Shown here piece after piece: positions 17,011 to 25,261 of a stretch of 32,000 nt of DNA. The DNA comes from Marinobacter sp. HL-58. GTDB lineage: Bacteria > Pseudomonadota > Gammaproteobacteria > Pseudomonadales > Oleiphilaceae. How positions within the stretch are numbered: position 1 is the stretch's first letter; each line of letters opens with the position of its first letter. The stretch covers positions 24,080 to 56,079 of the forward strand of contig NZ_LIHP01000012.1 of the NCBI RefSeq assembly GCF_001314605.1, read 5' to 3'. The notes below the pieces were generated by a model. That model did not search any database. It saw only the letters and a list, made by a program, of their open reading frames with translations, and was not told the DNA's origin. Position numbers and translations under genes: made by a program.

Positions 17011-18837
17011 ATGGACTTCAGGAGCAAGCCGGACACGAACTTCCGGAATATTGATGATCTGACCGAGAAGGAAGCCGCGGAGGAGGCGCGTGCCCTGCGT
17101 GATGGAATCAATTATCACGACCACCTGTACTACGTGAAAAACGCACCAAAGATATCGGATGCCGTCTATGACCAATTGTTTCAGCGCCTTGAGGATCTGG
17201 AGGCCGCTTTTCCCGACCTGAAAACCGAAGATTCGCCGACAGTCCGCATCGGCGCCGAGCCGGTGAGCAAACTGACCAAGATTCGGCATGCGGCACCGCT
17301 GCTTAGCCTGCAGGCGACCCTGGAGTGCAAGGCCGTCGAGTCCTTTCTGAGAACCGCACGCGACAAGTCGGGAACAACATCCGTCCGCTACTGCCTGGAG
17401 CCGAAGTTTGACGGGTTGTCGGTCGAGGTCGTCTACCACGATGGAAGGTTCAAGCATGGCAGCACGCGCGGCGATGGCATGGTGGGCGAGGACATTTCCC
17501 ACAATCTGAAGACCATACGTTCTCTGCCACTTTGCCTGCAGGAGGCTGACGGGGCATCCGGCAGGGTAGCGGTCCGCGCCGAGGTTTACATGTCCAGGGA
17601 AGGATTCGTTGCACTGAACCGACAACGAGTGGAGCGGGGTCAGGATACCTTTGCCAACCCCCGCAATGCTGCGGCCGGAATGATGCGGCAGCTGGAATCG
17701 CGTAACGTCGCCGGCAAGCCCTTCGATATTGTTTTCTACGAGATACTGGCAGCCGACAGCCAGCTCCCCCCCACCCACTGCGAAGTCCTGGATCAGTTGT
17801 CTCGCTGGGGGCTGAGGGTCAGCCCCCTGAACGACTCTGGCAGCTCTCTGGAGGACATTCGGGCCTTTCATCAGGATCTGGCCAAGCGCCGGGACGTCCT
17901 CGATTACGAGATCGACGGGATTGTCGTCAAGGTCGACGATCATGGCCTGCGCGACGAGCTGGGTAACCGGCACCGCAACCCACGCTGGGCTATCGCGTGG
18001 AAGTTTGAGCCGTGCGAGGAAGTCACTACAGTCGCGGACATTGTCGTCCAGGTCGGGCGCACGGGCATACTGACACCTGTCGCGCTGCTGCAGCCGGTGG
18101 ACGTCGGTGGCGTCACGGTCAGCCGTGCAACCCTGCATAACGCCAACGAGGTACGGCGCAAGGATATCCGGGTCGGTGATTGCGTCCGTGTGATACGCGC
18201 CGGTGACGTCATCCCGGAAATCGAAAAGCGCATCGGGCAAAAGGGCAGCAAGCGCGCGGCACCCTTCTCCATGCCCCGTCGCTGCCCAGCATGCGGTTCG
18301 AAGGTCCAGCGCAAAGGCGCCTATTACCTGTGCAACGCAGGCCTTTCCTGCCCCGCACAGTTAGTCACCCGTCTGCAGCACTTCGCTTCCCGCGATGCAA
18401 TGGATATCAAACATCTTGGTGAACACACCGCGGCCCAGTTGGTAGAGCGGGGCCTGGTGCACGATCTTGCCGATCTTTATGGCCTCACCGTTGAGGACCT
18501 TGAGTCTCTGGACGGGTTCGCGGAGCGGTCGGCGAAACAGCTTCATGATGCCATCCAGGGGGCTAAAAAGCCGCCACTGGACCGATTTCTCTATGCCCTC
18601 GGCATTCGTCACGTGGGGCAACGTGTGGCACGTCAGTTGGCCAATGAATACGGTGCCCTGGAAAGCCTGGCCGCAGCCGGACAGCAAGACATCGGGAATA
18701 TTCCGGATATCGGCAAGGAGACGGCAGAGTCGGTGGCGGACTTCTTCGCCGACCACCAGAATCGTGATGTCCTCAACCGTCTTTACAAGGCGGGAATGGA
18801 TGTGCAGCCCATGCCCGGTAAGCACAGACAACCCTAG
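17011..18837 (+). CDS. NAD+-dependent DNA ligase lacking the C-terminal BRCT domain
   Basis: Ia domain YHDHLYYVKNAPKISDAVYDQL, adenylation motif EPKFDGLSVEV, 4-Cys zinc finger CPACG...CNAGLSC, HhH region; ends right after ADHQNRDVLNRLYKAGMDVQPMPGKHRQP. ORF track start is 16990. Confidence 0.93.
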   Translation: MDFRSKPDTNFRNIDDLTEKEAAEEARALRDGINYHDHLYYVKNAPKISDAVYDQLFQRLEDLEAAFPDLKTEDSPTVRIGAEPVSKLTKIRHAAPLLSLQATLECKAVESFLRTARDKSGTTSVRYCLEPKFDGLSVEVVYHDGRFKHGSTRGDGMVGEDISHNLKTIRSLPLCLQEADGASGRVAVRAEVYMSREGFVALNRQRVERGQDTFANPRNAAAGMMRQLESRNVAGKPFDIVFYEILAADSQLPPTHCEVLDQLSRWGLRVSPLNDSGSSLEDIRAFHQDLAKRRDVLDYEIDGIVVKVDDHGLRDELGNRHRNPRWAIAWKFEPCEEVTTVADIVVQVGRTGILTPVALLQPVDVGGVTVSRATLHNANEVRRKDIRVGDCVRVIRAGDVIPEIEKRIGQKGSKRAAPFSMPRRCPACGSKVQRKGAYYLCNAGLSCPAQLVTRLQHFASRDAMDIKHLGEHTAAQLVERGLVHDLADLYGLTVEDLESLDGFAERSAKQLHDAIQGAKKPPLDRFLYALGIRHVGQRVARQLANEYGALESLAAAGQQDIGNIPDIGKETAESVADFFADHQNRDVLNRLYKAGMDVQPMPGKHRQP

Positions 18838-18875
18838 AAATTCAGCGCATGTTGAGGACAACATTCAGCGGCAAG

Positions 18876-18889
18876 TTGATGCTCATCAA
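18876..18889. promoter_or_regulatory. FNR/ANR-type box TTGATGCTCATCAA upstream of PCMT-esterase fusion
   Basis: Exact TTGAT-N4-ATCAA consensus inside a larger dyad AAGTTGATG-ct-CATCAACTT (18873-18892). Confidence 0.75.
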
Positions 18890-18959
18890 CTTCACCGTGC
18901 GGATTACTGCCACGCTTGATAGTGCATCGCTCAAAACAAGTGTATCGAGGAGGCCCATT

Positions 18960-20954
18960 GTGGATACCGACCTACGCTCCAGCAAAAAACAAGCATTCCT
19001 GGATCTGTTGAAAAAACGTGGTATCCAGGACAAACGGGTGCTGGAAGCCATGGCGACTGTTCCACGGGAGGCATTTGTCGGCCTTGATCTCGCTGAGCTG
19101 GCCTATGATGACTCCCCCTTGCCCATAGAGAATGGCCAAACAATCTCCCAGCCATACATTGTGGCTCTGATGACCGAGGCAATGCAGCTCAGACCGTCAG
19201 ACACTGTGCTGGAGATAGGCACCGGCTCCGGCTACGCAGCGGCTGTTCTTTCCCGGATCGTGAAGCAGGTTTATACCATTGAGCGCCACCGGGGACTGGC
19301 AGAGCAGGCCCGCGAGCGCTTGTCATCATTGGGCTATGACAATGTCTCGGTCAGGTGCGGTGACGGCACTCTTGGCTGGCCGGAGCATGCCCCTTTTGAC
19401 GCCATTGTTGTGACAGCCGGAGGGCCCTCGGTGCCCCTGTCACTTACCAGGCAACTGGTTATTGGTGGCCGCCTGATCATTCCTGTGGGCCAGTCTCTGC
19501 ATGATCAGAAGCTGCAACGTATTACCCGTGTCAGCGAAGATGACATCAGAACCGAGGAACTCGGTGGGGTCAGGTTTGTTCCATTGATCGGTGAAGAGGG
19601 TTGGCGAGATGTGGAAGGCAGGTTGAACAGACCGCCCCCGGGGAAGGTCGAGCCCGCTGCTGCGCTTTCCGAGCAGATCCGGAGCCAGGCGATTCACATT
19701 CCCTCCATAGAGAGTGTCGATCTCGGCGGCCTGCTGTCACGAATCGGAGATTCCCGCCTGGTGCTGCTGGGTGAAGCCAGCCATGGCACCGCGGAGTTCT
19801 ACGAGATGCGTGCGCGCATCACCAGGGAGCTGATTGAGAAAAAAGGCTTCCACTTTGTGGCCGTGGAAGCGGACTGGCCCGATGCCGCCCAGATCGATCA
19901 TTTTGTCCGTGAAACCCGAAAGGAGCCAACACAAGAGCTCACCTTCAGCCGCTTCCCCACGTGGATGTGGGCAAACCGACAGGTTGCGAATTTTGTGCAA
20001 TGGCTACGCCACCATAACCGGCAAGCAGATACCGGGGATCAGGCGGTGGGATTCTTCGGCCTGGATCTTTACAGCCTCTATTCCTCCATCAATGCCATCA
20101 TCGGTTACCTGGAACAGGTGGACACAGAGGCAGCCGCGGTTGCCCGCGAGCGGTATGGCTGCCTGACACCCTGGGAAAAGGATCCGGCAACCTATGGCAG
20201 AGTAGCGCTCACCAGGCAACAGCTGAGTTGCGAACAGGATGTCGTGGCAATGCTGAACATGCTGATGCAGAAACGGCTGGAATATTCAGCCCATGATGGT
20301 CGCAGGTTCCTCGATGCAGTATCCAATGCCCGTCTGGTAAAGAACGCCGAGCATTTTTATCGTTCCATGTACGATGGTTCGGTCAAATCCTGGAACCTGC
20401 GCGACCAGCACATGTTCGATACGCTGGAAAGCCTGCTTGATTTTCATGGCCCTGACAGCAAGGCGATTGTCTGGGCGCATAATTCCCACCTGGGGAACGC
20501 AGAGGCGACAGAAATGGGGTCTCGTGGCGAGATCAACGTGGGTTCTCTATGCCGCCAGCGTTTCGGGGAGACCGCCTATCTCATCGGCTTCGGCACGCAT
20601 CAGGGTACAGTAGCGGCGGCATCTGACTGGGGCGCACCCATGGAAGTCAAAAACATTGTGCCGTCGACGCCTGACAGTTATGAGCGTCTTTGCCATGACG
20701 CTGGCCTGAACGCATTTTTCCTGCCTCTGCGTCATGGCGAAAAGAACCTTGTGAAGGAACTGCAGCGGCCAAGACTGGAGCGGGCCATTGGCGTGATCTA
20801 TCGCCCGGAAACGGAAATAGCCAGTCACTACTTCATCGCATCCCTGTCCAGGCAGTTTGACGAATATATCTGGTTTGACAAAACCCGGGCGGTGGATGCG
20901 CTGGGACCGGAAGCGGGCAAGGGTATGCCGGAGACCTTCCCGTTCGGTCTCTGA
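18960..20954 (+). CDS. Fusion: protein-L-isoaspartate O-methyltransferase (N-term) + erythromycin-esterase-like domain (C-term)
   Basis: PCMT motifs TISQPYIVALMTE, VLEIGTGSGYAAAVL; Ere-like RLVLLGEASHGTAEFYEMRARITRELI, FFGLDLYSLYSS, AHNSHLGNA. GTG start preceded by GAGGAGG; ORF track start 18849. Confidence 0.9.
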   Translation: MDTDLRSSKKQAFLDLLKKRGIQDKRVLEAMATVPREAFVGLDLAELAYDDSPLPIENGQTISQPYIVALMTEAMQLRPSDTVLEIGTGSGYAAAVLSRIVKQVYTIERHRGLAEQARERLSSLGYDNVSVRCGDGTLGWPEHAPFDAIVVTAGGPSVPLSLTRQLVIGGRLIIPVGQSLHDQKLQRITRVSEDDIRTEELGGVRFVPLIGEEGWRDVEGRLNRPPPGKVEPAAALSEQIRSQAIHIPSIESVDLGGLLSRIGDSRLVLLGEASHGTAEFYEMRARITRELIEKKGFHFVAVEADWPDAAQIDHFVRETRKEPTQELTFSRFPTWMWANRQVANFVQWLRHHNRQADTGDQAVGFFGLDLYSLYSSINAIIGYLEQVDTEAAAVARERYGCLTPWEKDPATYGRVALTRQQLSCEQDVVAMLNMLMQKRLEYSAHDGRRFLDAVSNARLVKNAEHFYRSMYDGSVKSWNLRDQHMFDTLESLLDFHGPDSKAIVWAHNSHLGNAEATEMGSRGEINVGSLCRQRFGETAYLIGFGTHQGTVAAASDWGAPMEVKNIVPSTPDSYERLCHDAGLNAFFLPLRHGEKNLVKELQRPRLERAIGVIYRPETEIASHYFIASLSRQFDEYIWFDKTRAVDALGPEAGKGMPETFPFGL

Positions 20955-20968
20955 TCAAGGCTACCCAG

Positions 20969-20982
20969 TTGACCATGGTCAA
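20969..20982. promoter_or_regulatory. FNR/ANR-type box TTGACCATGGTCAA upstream of GH57-malQ-gap genes
   Basis: 14-bp perfect palindrome, TTGAC-N4-GTCAA, centre 61.5 nt upstream of the GH57 ATG. Confidence 0.65.
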
Positions 20983-21036
20983 GTCGGGACCCGGGCATTT
21001 ATTTGATGATGGAAATGCTCAATCAGGAATCTGGCC

Positions 21037-22728
21037 ATGTCTGACAAACCACTTCGGCTCGTATTGTGCTGGCATATGCACCAACCCGACTACTGTGACC
21101 CCGCCAGCGGCCAGTATCTTTCACCATGGGTCTATCTTCACGCCATCAAGGACTATACAGACATGGCGTCTCACCTGGAGGAGGCCCCGGAGGGAACGAA
21201 AGTCGCGGTCAATTTCCCTCCGGTGCTTCTGGAGCAGATCCGGGATTATGGGGGTCGGCTGCAGTCGTTCCTCGATAACGGAACCGCGATCGGCGGCCCA
21301 CTGCTGGACGCCCTGATCACAGAACAACTGCCCCAGGACCAGCAGCAGCGCCACGATCTGCTCACGCGATGTCTGCAAGCCCACCAGGCGCGAATGATCG
21401 AGCCCCTCCCCGCCTTCGACAGACTGGTCATCATGACCCGGGCAGCCCTGGAAACCGGACCCGGCCCCCGCTATCTGTCTGACACCCAACTGGCGGATTT
21501 GCTGGTGTGGTATCACCTGGCCTGGACCGGCGAGACAGTGCGGCGCCAAGAACCTCTGGTAGCCGAACTCATGGAGCAGGAAAGTGACTATTCCCTGGAG
21601 AATCGACGCGACCTGCTGGCGCTGATCAGCAAACTGATGGGTAATCTGATAGAACGCTACCGACTGTTGGCCGAACAGGGCACCGTCGAGCTGAGCGCAA
21701 GTCCCTATTCCCATCCGATGCTGCCCCTGCTGCTGGATCTGCAATCCGCTCGCGAAGCCCAGCCCGACGCCGAGCTACCCGAGTCACCTTGTTATCCCGG
21801 TGGCGAGGAGCGGGCGATCTGGCAATTGGCACGGGCCCGCGAAGCGTTTCAGGATTTTTTTGAACTCGAGCCCGCCGGTTGCTGGCCCTCGGAGGGGGGG
21901 CTGTCGGAGCGCACGGTGGCACTGATTGGAGAGGCCGGTTTCCAGTGGACGGCCAGTGGTCAGGGGGTACTGCGACACAGTCTTGAAGAACCGGAGCCCA
22001 CCGGTGACGACCTGCACCGCCCCCGGCGGCTTCAGGCTGGCGGGCCCCTGTGTTTTTTCCGGGATGACGGTCTGTCTGACCTGATCGGTTTTACTTATCA
22101 GAACTGGCATGCCCGGGATGCGGTTGCCGACCTGATTCATCACCTGCGAACCATTGCCGGCAACAAGAAGGCTCGTCCGGGGCGGGTGGTCAGCATCATT
22201 CTTGATGGTGAAAACCCCTGGGAGCACTATGCCCAGAACGGATTTTACTTTCTCCGGCAGCTGTACACAGACCTTGCGGATTGCCCGGAGGTGCGGCTGG
22301 TACATTTTTCCGATTGCGTGAAGGAGCTTGAGGGACAGGTCGATGAGCTACCAACACTGGTGGCCGGCAGTTGGGTCAATGGCAACTTCGATACCTGGAT
22401 CGGCAATCCCGACAAGAACAGGGCCTGGGACCTGCTCTGCCAGGCCAAGGCTGCCGTCGACAAGACGCTTCCCGACATAGAAGATGAGGAACGGCAGGCG
22501 GCTGTCGAACGACAACTGGCGGTGTGCGAGGGTTCCGACTGGTTCTGGTGGTTCGGGGACTACAACCCCGCCGGGACCGTAACAGAGTTCGATACGCTCT
22601 ACCGTCGCCAACTCGTTGCGCTCTACGAATTGCTGGAACAAACACCGCCGGATAACCTGGACAACCCAATTGGTCACGGCTCCGGGCAACCCGAAGCCGG
22701 TGGCACTATGCGCCGGGGGACACAATGA
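21037..22728 (+). CDS. Glycoside hydrolase family 57 protein
   Basis: 563 aa; LVLCWHMHQPDYCD N-terminus, ILDGENPWEHYAQNG, WFWWFGDYNP. Confidence 0.9.
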   Translation: MSDKPLRLVLCWHMHQPDYCDPASGQYLSPWVYLHAIKDYTDMASHLEEAPEGTKVAVNFPPVLLEQIRDYGGRLQSFLDNGTAIGGPLLDALITEQLPQDQQQRHDLLTRCLQAHQARMIEPLPAFDRLVIMTRAALETGPGPRYLSDTQLADLLVWYHLAWTGETVRRQEPLVAELMEQESDYSLENRRDLLALISKLMGNLIERYRLLAEQGTVELSASPYSHPMLPLLLDLQSAREAQPDAELPESPCYPGGEERAIWQLARAREAFQDFFELEPAGCWPSEGGLSERTVALIGEAGFQWTASGQGVLRHSLEEPEPTGDDLHRPRRLQAGGPLCFFRDDGLSDLIGFTYQNWHARDAVADLIHHLRTIAGNKKARPGRVVSIILDGENPWEHYAQNGFYFLRQLYTDLADCPEVRLVHFSDCVKELEGQVDELPTLVAGSWVNGNFDTWIGNPDKNRAWDLLCQAKAAVDKTLPDIEDEERQAAVERQLAVCEGSDWFWWFGDYNPAGTVTEFDTLYRRQLVALYELLEQTPPDNLDNPIGHGSGQPEAGGTMRRGTQ

Positions 22729-24209
22729 GCGCCCGCAAAAGCTGGCTGCAGGGCAAGCGAGCCGGCGTGCTTCTGCATATAACGTCGCTACCGGGAACCG
22801 GTGAGCTGGGCAATCTGGGGCCCGATGCCTACCGCTTTGTCGATTTCCTGGCAGCCGCAGGTTTTTCCACCTGGCAGATTTTGCCGGTCGGCCCCGTCAA
22901 GGATGATCTGTCACCCTATAATGCCCAGTCCAGCTTTGCCGGCCACATCGGGCTGCTTAGCCCGCAATTGCTCCAGAAAGACGGGCTACTGCCGGAAACC
23001 ACGGAATTCAAGGGTGGCGATGAGACCAGTCGGCAGGAACTGGTGGAGCACACCTGGCAGACATTCCAGCGCGACGCCAGCCACCGGGACTGGGCCCGGT
23101 ATAAGCAGTTCCGACAGGATCACGCCGGCTGGCTGCCGGATTACGCGCTGTTCCGGGTTCTGCGACGGCAACACGGCGGCCAGCCCTGGTACCGCTGGCC
23201 CGCGCCGCTCCGATGCCGGCAGCCAGCGGCGCTTGATGCCGCCCGCAACGACCACGAGGATGCCCTGCAACAGGAGTGTTTCGGGCAATTCCTGTTCTTT
23301 GACCAGTGGTCGCGGTTATCTGCCTATGCCAAACGCTATGGCATTGAGCTCTTCGGGGATATGCCGATCTATGTGGCTGCCGACAGCGCCGACGTGTGGT
23401 GCTGGCAGGACTATTTCACCTTCGACGACGATGGCCGCCAACTGGCCCAGGCCGGTGTGCCCCCGGACGCCTTCAGCGACACCGGTCAGCTCTGGGGCAA
23501 TCCCCTCTACCGCTGGGACCGAATGGCCAGCGATGGCTACAGCTGGTGGATCGAACGCTTTCGCCTCCAGAGCATGCTGTTCAACATACTGCGGGTCGAC
23601 CACTTCCGCGGTTTCGAATCCTGCTGGGAGGTGCCGGCAGACGCAGATACCGCCGAGCATGGGCACTGGGTACCGGGCCCTGGCCGGGCGCTCTTCGATG
23701 CGGTGTTTGACGCCCTGGGGCCCTTGCAACTGGTTGCGGAGGATCTGGGCAGCATTACCCGGGAAGTGACTGCCCTGCGCAAGGACCTGGGTTTCCCCGG
23801 CATGCGCGTGCTGCAGTTCGCCTTTGAGGGGGATGCAGACAACCCCCACCGCCTTCAACACCATACCCCGGACACGGTGGTTTACACCGGTACCCACGAC
23901 AACGACACCACACTGGGGTGGTGGCTTTCGTTATCCAAAGCACAACAGGCGACTGTACTCGACAGCCTGGATCAGCCGATACAGGCAATGCCGGCCCCCC
24001 TGATCCACGCCACGCTGGATTCCCCGGCCAGGCTGGCCATTATTCCCATGCAAGACCTGCTGAAACTGGGTTCAGAAGCCCGCATGAACACGCCAGGCAC
24101 TGTAAAGGGCAACTGGACCTGGCGTTTCCAGTGGGCCGATATGCCCGGGAATCTGGCCGCTGACTATCGCAGTCTGATAGCGGAATGTGGGCGTTTGCGG
24201 GCTGACTGA
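22725..24209 (+). CDS. malQ: 4-alpha-glucanotransferase (GH77)
   Basis: LLHITSLPGTGELGNLGPDAYRFVDFLAAAGFSTWQILPVGP, LRVDHFRGFESCWEVP, VAEDLGSIT, YTGTHDNDTTLGW; ATGA overlap with GH57 gene. Confidence 0.95.
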   Translation: MSARKSWLQGKRAGVLLHITSLPGTGELGNLGPDAYRFVDFLAAAGFSTWQILPVGPVKDDLSPYNAQSSFAGHIGLLSPQLLQKDGLLPETTEFKGGDETSRQELVEHTWQTFQRDASHRDWARYKQFRQDHAGWLPDYALFRVLRRQHGGQPWYRWPAPLRCRQPAALDAARNDHEDALQQECFGQFLFFDQWSRLSAYAKRYGIELFGDMPIYVAADSADVWCWQDYFTFDDDGRQLAQAGVPPDAFSDTGQLWGNPLYRWDRMASDGYSWWIERFRLQSMLFNILRVDHFRGFESCWEVPADADTAEHGHWVPGPGRALFDAVFDALGPLQLVAEDLGSITREVTALRKDLGFPGMRVLQFAFEGDADNPHRLQHHTPDTVVYTGTHDNDTTLGWWLSLSKAQQATVLDSLDQPIQAMPAPLIHATLDSPARLAIIPMQDLLKLGSEARMNTPGTVKGNWTWRFQWADMPGNLAADYRSLIAECGRLRAD

Positions 24210-24238
24210 ACATTGAAATAATGTGGAACGAGGATTAA

Positions 24239-25246
24239 ATGATGAAAAAGATAGCGATCAATGGTCTGGGCCGGATCGGCCGCATGGCACTCCGGATCAT
24301 CATGGACGAGCCAGAACTGGAGGTAGTTGCCGTAAATGACCTGACGCCGCTGGACAATCTGGTCTACCTGCTACGCTATGATTCAGTTTATGGCCGGTAT
24401 CACAAGGAAGTGCGGAGCAGTGACGGATATCTTGAGGTGGACGGGCAGCCTGTTCGTGCCTTTTCAAACGGCGATCCGTCAACCCTGCCCTGGCGCGAAC
24501 TTGATGTTGATCTGGTTCTCGAATGCACCGGCGCCTTTCGCACTCAGAGCGACCTGGAGAAGCATATCAAGGCCGGCGCCCGACGCGTGATTCTGTCCGC
24601 CCCGGGCAAAGGTGGCAATATTCCATCGGTGGTTTACGGAGTCAACGAACTGGAGGATGGAGCGCCGGCCTGCTTTTCAACCGCCAGTTGCACAACCAAC
24701 TGTATCGCTCCGGTGGTGGAAATTCTCCACCGTCATATCGGCATACAGAAGGCGATGCTCACCACTGTCCATGCCTATACCGCCAGCCAGGGTATTGTCG
24801 ATATGCCGGGCAAGAACATGGAAAGAGGCCGCACTGCCGGGCTCAACATAATTGTCACTACAACGGGCGCCGCCTCCGCCACCGGTGATGTCCTGCCGGA
24901 ACACAAAGGACGTTTCGACGGCGCCGCCGTCCGGGTGCCCGTCGCCACCGGGTCCCTTTCTGATCTCACCCTGGTTACCGGGCGCAAAACAACCGTTGAA
25001 GAAGTTAACAATATCTTCATACAGGAAGCACAGACTTCCCGTTATCAGGGAGTGCTTGGCATAGCCGAGGATCCCATCGTGTCATCTGATACTATTGGTG
25101 ATCCCCGTGCAGCCATTGTCGATATCCGTTCTACTCGTGTTGTCGACGGCGACCTGATCAAGGTTTTCGCCTGGTACGATAATGAATGGGGCTATGCTAG
25201 CCAAATGGTCAAGCAGGCCATAAAGACTCTGGCGTCAGGAACTTAA
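24239..25246 (+). CDS. gap: Type I glyceraldehyde-3-phosphate dehydrogenase
   Basis: KKIAINGLGRIGRM, ASCTTNCIAPVVE active site, WYDNEWGYASQMV. Confidence 0.96.
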   Translation: MMKKIAINGLGRIGRMALRIIMDEPELEVVAVNDLTPLDNLVYLLRYDSVYGRYHKEVRSSDGYLEVDGQPVRAFSNGDPSTLPWRELDVDLVLECTGAFRTQSDLEKHIKAGARRVILSAPGKGGNIPSVVYGVNELEDGAPACFSTASCTTNCIAPVVEILHRHIGIQKAMLTTVHAYTASQGIVDMPGKNMERGRTAGLNIIVTTTGAASATGDVLPEHKGRFDGAAVRVPVATGSLSDLTLVTGRKTTVEEVNNIFIQEAQTSRYQGVLGIAEDPIVSSDTIGDPRAAIVDIRSTRVVDGDLIKVFAWYDNEWGYASQMVKQAIKTLASGT

Positions 25247-25261
25247 ATAAAGGAGTGTTCA

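Noticed and set aside
16936-18240. 434-aa minus-strand ORF
   Set aside because: Antisense to the NAD+-dependent ligase whose motifs are intact; typical high-GC shadow frame.
16884-18837. Complete NHEJ locus with Ku
   Set aside because: PE and POL are present but no Ku-like ORF or ATP-dependent ligase domain was found in any frame listed; Ku could only be outside the window.
18960-20954. Interpretation as an antibiotic (macrolide) resistance gene
   Set aside because: The esterase-like domain is fused to PCMT and sits in a metabolic/stress island; Ere-like domains are common outside resistance, so resistance is not supported.
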